From: an uncultured Candidatus Saccharibacteria bacterium
Lineage (GTDB): Bacteria > Patescibacteriota > Saccharimonadia > Saccharimonadales > CAZJQT01
Reading direction: 5' to 3'
DNA: 64,000 nt
Assembly: GCA_964636215.1 (NCBI GenBank)
Contig: CAZWRJ010000003.1
Span: 6,743-70,742 of the forward strand
A model generated the notes under the pieces. That model worked only from the letters and a program-made list of their open reading frames with translations, made no database searches and was not told the origin of the DNA. How positions within the stretch are numbered: position 1 is the first letter of the stretch; each line of letters starts with the position of its first letter. Shown in pieces: positions 1 through 7,499 of this stretch. Position numbers and translations under genes: made by a program.

Positions 1-1
1 A

Positions 2-469
2 GCTGATCAGTGGGTGGATAAGAAAGATCTACATTGCCAGTTGGCCATAGGACACAGCGGAGACTCTAGAGTTATTCTCTGTAAACCCACAACTATGATG
101 AATTTAAGCGGCAAAGCTGTACAAGCTGTACAACATTTCTATAAGTTAAGTAATCGAGATACGGTGGTTGTGCACGACGAACTAGATATAAATTTTGGCC
201 AGATTCGCTGCAGGATAGGGGGTAGCGATGCGGGGCATAACGGAGTGGCCTCGATTATCGAACAAGTTAGTGAAAATTTTGGTCGAGTTCGTATCGGTAT
301 TGGTCCGAAAACCCCGGATGAAATGGATAGTGCAGACTTTGTTCTAGCTAAGTTTTCCGAGGCTGAGAAAAAACAGTTGTCAAACTTAAACAAAGAGACA
401 GTAGCGCTACTTACCGAACGAATCGCCTCCGGCCAATTACCACACGACACCCGAACGTTTTTGGTCTAG
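2..469 (+). CDS. pth: peptidyl-tRNA hydrolase (5'-truncated by window edge)
   Basis: Motifs KPTTMMNLSG, VVHDELD, GSDAGHNG, RVRIGIG; frame is open back to the window start. Confidence 0.95.
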   Translation, partial: ADQWVDKKDLHCQLAIGHSGDSRVILCKPTTMMNLSGKAVQAVQHFYKLSNRDTVVVHDELDINFGQIRCRIGGSDAGHNGVASIIEQVSENFGRVRIGIGPKTPDEMDSADFVLAKFSEAEKKQLSNLNKETVALLTERIASGQLPHDTRTFLV

Positions 470-471
470 AC

Positions 472-513
472 AAAAAAAGAGCCTCCAGAGGGGGTGGGCA
501 CCACTGGAAGCTC
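472..513 (-). terminator. intrinsic terminator of the minus-strand RNA (possibly bidirectional, also ending pth)
   Basis: 10-bp stem 479-488/504-513, fully paired with one G-U only on the minus strand, followed by U7 (A472-478). Confidence 0.75.
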
Positions 514-880
514 ATTTTTGGACACCTGTTATCTCGCAAAAGCGAAACACGTGTCCGGAAAAAACCCTTCAAGCCCACCCAGTGAAGCATCGGACATTTA
601 AACTCTAAAGTTGCCGTGCCTCTGACCGAAGTCAGAATCTTTGGGACTCACTTTATAAACGGGACCCACCAAAACGGGGTTCTTATCTCGTGAGAGATAA
701 GAGGTCTTAAAGGGGTTAGTTTGTCTTAGAGCGCTTCTGGCAGAAGCCAGGCGCACAAAGAGAAGTGGAGGGTAACAACTTTTCATATGGCACGCTCTAA
801 AACAATCTAACAATATTGTCTAGCAATACTGCTAGAATAGGGGTATAAGGTGCAAAAACGCGGTAAACCACGTTTACGAG
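472..880 (-). ncRNA. candidate large structured ncRNA (~410 nt), family not recognised
   Basis: Consensus promoter upstream and terminator downstream; many stems including cUUCGg hairpin 621-636, 19-bp stem 716-734/792-810 and possible pseudoknot 492-499/573-580; no credible ORF. Confidence 0.65.
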
Positions 881-885
881 TTGCA

Positions 886-914
886 ATTTTAGCAAATACG
901 TTTCATTATGTCAA
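886..914 (-). promoter_or_regulatory. sigma70-type promoter
   Basis: Minus strand TTGACA (914-909) - 17 nt - TAAAAT (891-886), with TGn extended -10. Confidence 0.75.
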
Positions 915-1019
915 TACTTCTTAATGTTTTCGTATGAAAGTCAATAAGCTTAAGCGGCAAAATTAAATCCTTGGGCGCTGGCCATTGGGGTATTGCTTAA
1001 ATAGCGTTAGAATTTAGGT

Positions 1020-1190
1020 ATGGAAACCAAACACTACATTTATATAGGCCTTTTTGTCGGTTCGATAGTAGGCGGGCTACTTGGCTCGATACTTGATCAC
1101 GGCAATGGATTGGGGTTTTGGAGCTTTGCGCTCGGCACCGTTGGATCGTTCGTCGGCATCTGGGCTGGCTATAAGCTCGGCAACAGTTAG
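1020..1190 (+). CDS. small glycine-rich membrane protein, 56 aa (not in ORF track)
   Basis: METKHYIYIGLFVGSIVGGLLGSILDHGNGLGFWSFALGTVGSFVGIWAGYKLGNS; two GxxxG-rich hydrophobic segments; TAGAAT 6 nt before the ATG. Confidence 0.75.
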   Translation: METKHYIYIGLFVGSIVGGLLGSILDHGNGLGFWSFALGTVGSFVGIWAGYKLGNS

Positions 1191-1261
1191 AATTTGCATT
1201 TACCAGAAAATCAAGTTAGTCTTACTTGCTGTTAATTGATAAATAGGTAAACTTAAACTTA

Positions 1262-3547
1262 ATGGCGAAAAACCTAGTTATTGTTGAGAGCCCCGCCAAA
1301 GCCAAAACTATTGAGAAATTTTTAGGTAGCGCTTACACGGTTAAGAGCAGCTTTGGACATGTCCGTGACTTGCCTAAGAAGGGCCTCAATATTGATATTG
1401 AAAAACACTTTGAACCAACTTATGCGGTGTCGCCTGATAAGGAAAAGGTTATCAGGGAGCTGAAGACTGCAGCCAAGGGTGCCACTGTCTGGCTGGCAAG
1501 TGATGAAGACCGCGAAGGCGAGGCTATAGCCTGGCATCTTTGCGAAGCCCTGAATCTAAGTCCTAAGGTCACTAAACGAATTGTTTTCCATGAAATTACC
1601 AAAACGGCTATAGATCGAGCTGTAGCCAACCCCAGAACTGTCGATATGCGTTTAGTGGATGCTCAGCAAGCCCGACGAATTTTAGACCGTTTGGTAGGTT
1701 ACGAACTAAGTCCGGTGCTTTGGAAAAAGGTTAGAACCGGTCTGAGCGCCGGCAGGGTACAGTCGGTAGCTGTTCGTCTGATTGTCGAGAGAGAACGAGA
1801 AATCAAAGATTTTAAGGCTGAGGTTTCTTTCAAGGTAATCGGCAGTTTTAAGGCTGGCTCTGATGAGTTTGAGGCAGAGCTGGATAGTCGATTCAAAGAC
1901 GTCGCCAGGACCAAGGATTTTCTGAATGCGGCCGCTAAAGCCACTTTTACAGTTAAGGGTATTGAACAAAAGCCCGCTACTCGCAGCCCTGGTCCGCCGT
2001 TTACTACTAGTAGTCTGCAACAAGAAGCTGCTAGGCGACTGGGATTCAGCGTTAAACAAACTATGTCCTTAGCTCAGAGGCTTTATGAAAGTGGTCATAT
2101 TACCTATATGCGCACTGACAGTCTAACGCTGTCTAACCTAGCTCTAGATGCTGCAGCCAAATACATCGAGAAGACTTTTGGGGCAAACTATCATCAAACC
2201 AGACAATACAAAACTAAGGACGCTAGTGCTCAAGAAGCTCATGAAGCCATTCGACCGACACATTTCGATAAACTAAAGGCGGGTGGTGACGAGCAACAGA
2301 GTAAGTTATATGAGCTGGTTTGGCAGCGAACGGTAGCCAGCCAGATGGCTGATGCCAAGGTTGATCGTACTGAAATAGGCATAGTTGTTAGCAATCGCTC
2401 CGAGCTGTTCGTTGCTAAGGGCGAGGTGCTGCGTTTTGATGGCTTCTTCAAAGTCTATGGTGGTGGCAAAGACGACGTTATCTTGCCTACACTCAAAGAA
2501 GGTCAGAAGCTCGATCTCAAATTAATGACTGGGCTTCAGACTTTTAGCCGTCCACCAGCGCGTTATTCGGAAGCCAGCCTAGTTAAGAAGTTAGAAGAAT
2601 TAGGTATTGGCCGGCCTAGTACTTATGCGCCAACAATTTCAACTATTCAAACCCGCGGTTATGTCGAGAAAGGTGACTTGGAAGGTCAGACCCGACAAGT
2701 TACCAAATTAGAGTTAAAATCCGGGAAAATTAGCGAGTCCGAAACCACTGAGACTTATGGCGCTGACCGAAGTAAATTACTGCCTACACCAGTAGCTGAG
2801 ATAACAACTGACTTTTTGGTCAAATATTTCGGTTCAATACTGGACTATGATTTTACGGCCAAAGCAGAGCTAGATTTAGATGCCATAGCTGAGGGCAAGG
2901 AGTCTCGTGAACGCATGCTCAGTGATTTTTATAAACATTTTCATCCTTTAATAAAGAAGTCAGAGTCAGTTAGTCGAGAAGAGACCAGTCAAGCTAGACA
3001 TCTAGGCAAAGACCCAGGATCTGGTAAGCCAGTCATTGCTCGCTTTGGTCGCTACGGACCGATGTTACAGCGCGGTGAAACCGAGAGCGAAGAAAAGCCA
3101 GACTTCGCGCCATTGCCAGAAGGCACTACTCTGGAAGACGTTAATCTTTCTCAAGCACTAGAAATGTTCAAACTACCAAGGGTGGTGGGACAGACTGTTG
3201 ACGGACAAGAGATTCAGGCTAATATTGGACGATTCGGGCCTTATATCCAAGTCGACAAGCTTTTTGTGTCAATTAAACCTCAAGACCCTATGAAAATAAC
3301 CGAGAAAGAGGCTAGGACACTCTATAAGGCCAAGCTTAAGAAAGAAGCTGAAAAGCACATCCAGACTTTTGATAGTGGCCTACAGGTGCTGAATGGTCCT
3401 TATGGGCCATATGTTAGCGATGGCAAGCGCAATGCCCGTATACCTAAAGAACAAGATCCTAAGAAATTGACTGAAAAGGCGGCCCAAAAGCTGCTTGATG
3501 AAGCCCCAACGACTAAACGGTTTTTCCGTAAGAAAACTGCCTCTTGA
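1262..3547 (+). CDS. topA: DNA topoisomerase I
   Basis: LVIVESPAKAKTI, DEDREGEAI, SAGRVQS, ITYMRTDS; C-terminal GR(Y/F)GP repeats instead of Zn ribbons. Confidence 0.98.
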   Translation: MAKNLVIVESPAKAKTIEKFLGSAYTVKSSFGHVRDLPKKGLNIDIEKHFEPTYAVSPDKEKVIRELKTAAKGATVWLASDEDREGEAIAWHLCEALNLSPKVTKRIVFHEITKTAIDRAVANPRTVDMRLVDAQQARRILDRLVGYELSPVLWKKVRTGLSAGRVQSVAVRLIVEREREIKDFKAEVSFKVIGSFKAGSDEFEAELDSRFKDVARTKDFLNAAAKATFTVKGIEQKPATRSPGPPFTTSSLQQEAARRLGFSVKQTMSLAQRLYESGHITYMRTDSLTLSNLALDAAAKYIEKTFGANYHQTRQYKTKDASAQEAHEAIRPTHFDKLKAGGDEQQSKLYELVWQRTVASQMADAKVDRTEIGIVVSNRSELFVAKGEVLRFDGFFKVYGGGKDDVILPTLKEGQKLDLKLMTGLQTFSRPPARYSEASLVKKLEELGIGRPSTYAPTISTIQTRGYVEKGDLEGQTRQVTKLELKSGKISESETTETYGADRSKLLPTPVAEITTDFLVKYFGSILDYDFTAKAELDLDAIAEGKESRERMLSDFYKHFHPLIKKSESVSREETSQARHLGKDPGSGKPVIARFGRYGPMLQRGETESEEKPDFAPLPEGTTLEDVNLSQALEMFKLPRVVGQTVDGQEIQANIGRFGPYIQVDKLFVSIKPQDPMKITEKEARTLYKAKLKKEAEKHIQTFDSGLQVLNGPYGPYVSDGKRNARIPKEQDPKKLTEKAAQKLLDEAPTTKRFFRKKTAS

Positions 3548-3615
3548 CGATGTTTTAGAGTAGGTATATAACATTACCTAACATCGTGAGTATCAAGATT
3601 ATTCCGATGGCACTT

Positions 3616-4153
3616 TGACAGACAGGTAGCCATCAGATGAGATATGGGAGTTTTCAAGAACTTCCGCACCTCATCTGATGCAACGGAAGAGCGACAAACA
3701 CGAGCATAAGACGGTCCCTCTCAAGGACTGGTGGGAAGCCACTGAGGATCAAGGTACACCGACGACAACGGGGGTTACCGCATGCACCGACAGCACACCG
3801 TCACGGCCACTCGCGCCGGCCCGGAGAACACGGGCTTCGCTGACACGGCCAAGTTCATCACGTCGACGGCCAAGAAGGTCTTCGCCACCAAGGTCACCTG
3901 AGCGTCGCCGACGCGTCCTCGTGACGACCCGCATTACCAACCACTAGGTACACCTGGAACCAGCATGATGGTGTGCCGACATGGTCCGTCCATAATCAGT
4001 GCAGCGGCCGGATGGCCAAAGCCTCGGGAGTAGGCCGTGAAGATGGCAGGCAGGTGGTCGTAGGCCAGTGACGGAACGGTTGCGTTTAGGGGCTGTACGC
4101 CCGCATCCCCAACGCCCACCCCGCGCTCAACCCTCAATCCTACCTGTCTGTCA
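3616..4153. repeat. perfect 14-bp inverted repeat enclosing a GC-rich segment
   Basis: TGACAGACAGGTAG (3616-3629) / CTACCTGTCTGTCA (4140-4153); 3721-4140 is ~63% GC by hand count. Confidence 0.9.
3782..3901 (+). CDS. candidate 39-aa peptide with high-GC3 codon usage
   Basis: MHRQHTVTATRAGPENTGFADTAKFITSTAKKVFATKVT; 35/38 codons after the ATG end in G/C; GGGGG 7 nt upstream. Confidence 0.5.
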   Translation: MHRQHTVTATRAGPENTGFADTAKFITSTAKKVFATKVT

Positions 4154-4154
4154 T

Positions 4155-4209
4155 CTTCACTAAATGAGTGTGTACTCATTCTGATGAGTCTAAAAAGACG
4201 AAAGTGAAG
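4155..4209 (+). ncRNA. type III hammerhead ribozyme
   Basis: Stem III CTTCAC/GTGAAG; UH = T4161-A4162; stem I AATGAGT-gtgt-ACTCATT; core CTGATGA 4181-4187; stem II GTCT-aaaa-AGAC; GAAA 4200-4203. Confidence 0.9.
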
Positions 4210-4330
4210 TCAAAAATATTGGTTTTCCACATCTTGCACGCCTGACAAGATATTTTATGGTGATATTTCTACACCATGTAATAGGCAAAGGTGTCTATTT
4301 CGTGCTAAAATAAAGTAGATCAAAAAGGTG

Positions 4331-4358
4331 TTGACTTTTTGTACATTTGTTTTACAAT
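4331..4358 (+). promoter_or_regulatory. sigma70-type promoter
   Basis: TTGACT - 16 nt - TACAAT upstream of the sigma4/HTH gene. Confidence 0.55.
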
Positions 4359-4405
4359 AGAGTTATCATTTGACTGTTATTAGAGAGCAGGGAAGGATAG
4401 ACCAG

Positions 4406-5443
4406 ATGGCCGAAACGGCTACAGCAGCATTACAGCTGGAAAAAATTGTTACAGACATACTCCGTACCATCGACAGAGAAAGGGAACGCGAGATTATTTC
4501 ACGTCGCTTCGGTTTATTCGATCGAAAGGAAACCCTAGAACAAATCGGGGAATTGTTAGGTATTACCCGTGAACGCGTCCGACAGCTGGAAAAAGCAGTA
4601 GTCGCCCGCCTGAAAGCTCAAGCTGACAGCGGTCAATTGCCACACCTTGGCGCAGTGCAAGACGCTTTTATTGAGAAGCTTGGCCAAATGGGCAGTGTCG
4701 CCCGAGTGGCTGACTTGAGTTCTAAATTCGCTAAGGAAAACAGTCGTACCGATCAATCTCGCACCTCTTTCCTAGCTCAACTATGCCCCAAACTAGTCAC
4801 CGTTGACGAGAACGATTATTATTACCACTCCACCGGCATTAAGGGCCTGCATGACGAGAAAGCTCTAAAACAACTGGTGGAAAAGTTGATTGAAGCTATT
4901 AAAGCGCTTGGTGAACCAGCCAAGATTGACGAAATTGCTGCTAAGGCCGGGCTTGACTCTAACCGTCACGCTGCTGCTTTGGCTAGTATTAGTAAACAGC
5001 TGGCAACTCTTAATGGTCGCTGGGGCTTAGTTAAGTGGCCAATGGTTAATCCTAAGAATATTCGTGACAAAATCTACGTCATACTTAAAGAACACGGCAA
5101 ACACATGCACTTCAATGAAATTGCCCAGGCTATTAAGAAAAGTGACTTTAAGCGTAACAATGTGACTACCCAGGCCATTCACAACGAACTCATTAAAGAC
5201 AAGCGTTTCGTACTAATCGGCCGGGGCATTTACGCTCTGAAGGAATGGGGTTACGAAAAGGGCACCGTAGCCGACATAATTACTGAGGTTCTTAAGAAGT
5301 CCAAACAACCAATGCACCGTGACGAAATTGTTAAGCAAGTGCTTAAGAGCCGCTACGTCAAAGAAACGACTATTTTGTTAAATCTACAAGGCAAGCCACA
5401 GTTCAAACGCGTTGCCAAAGCCACCTACGCCCTAGCAGAGTAA
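4406..5443 (+). CDS. sigma-70 region 4 HTH plus tandem winged-HTH (HARE-HTH/RpoE-like) protein
   Basis: RRFGL..ETLEQIGELLGITRERVRQLE (sigma4); C-terminal repeats MHFNEIA and MHRDEIV, with RFVLIGRGIYAL; ATG 4406 follows GGAAGGA. Confidence 0.8.
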   Translation: MAETATAALQLEKIVTDILRTIDREREREIISRRFGLFDRKETLEQIGELLGITRERVRQLEKAVVARLKAQADSGQLPHLGAVQDAFIEKLGQMGSVARVADLSSKFAKENSRTDQSRTSFLAQLCPKLVTVDENDYYYHSTGIKGLHDEKALKQLVEKLIEAIKALGEPAKIDEIAAKAGLDSNRHAAALASISKQLATLNGRWGLVKWPMVNPKNIRDKIYVILKEHGKHMHFNEIAQAIKKSDFKRNNVTTQAIHNELIKDKRFVLIGRGIYALKEWGYEKGTVADIITEVLKKSKQPMHRDEIVKQVLKSRYVKETTILLNLQGKPQFKRVAKATYALAE

Positions 5444-5454
5444 TTAACATCTTT

Positions 5455-6018
5455 ATGTCAGAAATTGGGCACTTGCCTGAACAAGAAGCCAAAAGAGAAG
5501 TTTTTTTGGCTGAGCTTACAGCTTTTATTATTGAAGCAGGTCAGAATGGCTGGGCTGCTGGAGCACCAAAAATAGAAAATCCGCAGAGACCTGGGTTTAA
5601 AGAGTTAACTTATCAGAGTGAGAATGGCGACTGGGAGTATCGAGACAGTTATGCCGGCTATTATATGGCACCTGGATCTTCTGTAGTTTATTTTAGGGAA
5701 CGCCCCGTTTGGTATATGACCTACGGTGGAGAAGGTCAGTTGCCAGAATTTTACGATCAAGCAAAAGAAACTTATGCTTTTCTAAGGCGGGCCCTTATGG
5801 AGCCAGATCTTCGCTTTCCCGTCCGAGGTCCTTTAGTCCACAGAGAAGATAATGATAGAAGATTATACTGGTTTGATTTTAATGGCGATCTTGAACAAGG
5901 CAGCTGGACAGAATCAGTATTATTTGATCATGTTAGGATATTTGGGCAAAGGGGGGATGTTGGCTTGATAATTGATAAGGGTAAAAATAGAGATCCTTTG
6001 TTTCCTTGGGACTTATAA
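5455..6018 (+). CDS. DUF5680-like protein
   Basis: YRDSYAG, PVWYMTYGG, FLRRAL, PVRGP pattern. Confidence 0.65.
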   Translation: MSEIGHLPEQEAKREVFLAELTAFIIEAGQNGWAAGAPKIENPQRPGFKELTYQSENGDWEYRDSYAGYYMAPGSSVVYFRERPVWYMTYGGEGQLPEFYDQAKETYAFLRRALMEPDLRFPVRGPLVHREDNDRRLYWFDFNGDLEQGSWTESVLFDHVRIFGQRGDVGLIIDKGKNRDPLFPWDL

Positions 6019-6217
6019 AACACTGTTTTAATCAGTCTGTACAAAATACGAACATTTAGGTAGCTAGAGAGCTGGGTGGAAGTAAGCGAGTTATAAGCAA
6101 ACTTGGAGAGAGATAGGACGTAGAGGGCAGGAAAATAAAAAAACAAAAACGTAAAACAAAAGTGAAAATAACCGACATAAATCGGGCAGTAGAGCACCAA
6201 CATTGTCCATAGACAAG

Positions 6218-6245
6218 ATGTCGCACAATGTATATTTTACGACTC
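6218..6245. other. dif-like chromosome dimer resolution site
   Basis: ATGTCGCACAA-TGTATA-TTTTACGACTC: 11-6-11 layout, spacer identical to E. coli dif, arms imperfectly palindromic, located at the gene-strand switch. Confidence 0.7.
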
Positions 6246-6599
6246 TATAATAGCGGTTGGAGATGAAGCCTATTACCCCTACTGCAGGGGAGTTTTATCA
6301 CGCCTAGTCTATAAACTAGTTCTATACTGCAGTTTGCTATCTCCATATTAAACCTTGTTTGTCCTGTGCTCGCCTAAGAACGTTGTACGAACTATCAACT
6401 AATACTTTTCCACAGCCATGCCCGTGAAAACATTTGCTTTTTCACGTGTTTCATATCGATATTTATTTCTTTCCCTACTACCCTTGCTCCAGCTATTATT
6501 TGACAATTGCCTTTTCACGTGTGTTCATATAGTTTTTTTCAAATCCAGTGTTTATAGTAATATGAACAAAAAACGAACTAGCTAGGGCAGCGTAGGGGT

Positions 6600-7490
6600 T
6601 TATTTGTAAAAAACTTTCTCTTGGACTCTTAGGTCTATATAGCTACTGGGAATAGGTCCTTGTTTATTCAGATGCTTGATAGCTGCCAAATAACTCCCTA
6701 CTGCTTGCTGGACATCACTTTCGATATTAAATTTTAGAAAGTAGTCTTTGCCGCCGAGATAAACGTCGACTTCATTAGCCGTTTTGGCTGGAAGCTCTAA
6801 CTTTTTTACATCTTGTTTGACCAACTTTAATTCAGCAGATAATCGAGTTATAAACGTTACTTCGCTAGAAGGCAGATTAGTATCCCCGACCTTTATCTCG
6901 CTACCGGTAGCATCCTCGACAATAGGAGTATTAGCTAACTTGGCAGTCTGTAGATCAGTAGTAGTCGCAAGCACTTTGCCGCCTTGATCTATATAATAAT
7001 TGGTCCCGGAGCTGTCTAGTATCAGAGCCGGTACGGCAGGAGTAAGTCGTACTGTTGGGCGTCTGCCAATCAGGGGTAATTCAACGTCGACTGCTGCTAA
7101 TTCTGGGAAACGGTTTTTAATATCATCCGTTATGGCTCTTGAGTTAATAGTTAGTTTGCTGCGACTAGTCAGAGAATTTGACCACAGCTGTTCAATCTGT
7201 TGCTGATAATCATTAAGATTGCGGTGAACACTACCGGGTCTATTCTCAATAATAATCCTTGGTTGTGTATTTAGTATTAAAGAGTAGCCAATAGCGATTA
7301 TTAGGCCTCCGGCTGCAAGATAGCTTGGCAGTTTATGTAACCAGCTTCGTTTCTGGGGAGTAATCGTCTGATTACGTCCAAGGTTGTCGCTGCTCGTGCT
7401 GCGTTTGGAACGATAGTCGTAAACTGGGGCGTCTGTGCTAAGTTTTTGCGGCTGGCGCCCTTTAAACAGGCTTTTGCGACTAAGTTTCAT
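6600..7490 (-). CDS. ftsQ: cell division protein FtsQ/DivIB-like
   Basis: Single TM, POTRA-like region, C-terminal YIDLR; follows murG. Confidence 0.7.
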   Translation of the reverse strand: MKLSRKSLFKGRQPQKLSTDAPVYDYRSKRSTSSDNLGRNQTITPQKRSWLHKLPSYLAAGGLIIAIGYSLILNTQPRIIIENRPGSVHRNLNDYQQQIEQLWSNSLTSRSKLTINSRAITDDIKNRFPELAAVDVELPLIGRRPTVRLTPAVPALILDSSGTNYYIDQGGKVLATTTDLQTAKLANTPIVEDATGSEIKVGDTNLPSSEVTFITRLSAELKLVKQDVKKLELPAKTANEVDVYLGGKDYFLKFNIESDVQQAVGSYLAAIKHLNKQGPIPSSYIDLRVQEKVFYK

Positions 7491-7499
7491 ATAGAAAGG

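Noticed and set aside
598-813. 71-aa minus-strand ORF within the structured region
   Set aside because: TTG start, no recognisable motif, and it runs through dense RNA stems; an ncRNA explains the region better
950-985. Minus-strand mini-ORF MASAQGFNFAA*, ending like a tmRNA tag
   Set aside because: No tRNA-like domain nearby, and it lies upstream of the ncRNA promoter; probably chance
4114-4122. GCCCACCCC shared by the cassette and the terminal loop of the 472-880 RNA
   Set aside because: A 9-mer match is too short to support a trans interaction without covariation data
3616-4153. Interpretation as tmRNA, RNase P RNA, retron msr-msd or IS/MITE
   Set aside because: No acceptor stem or T-loop, no GAGGAAAGUCC, no adjacent reverse transcriptase or transposase, and no evident target-site duplication
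3678-4179. ORF-track entries 3678-3947 (+), 3749-3940 (-) and 3934-4179 (-) as genes
   Set aside because: Their Arg/Ser/Pro-rich translations are typical off-frame products of GC-rich DNA; codon bias favours the 3782-3901 frame
6419-6432. 14-nt exact inverted match to 14995-15008
   Set aside because: Matches of this length are expected by chance in 64 kb, and the second copy is part of a terminator
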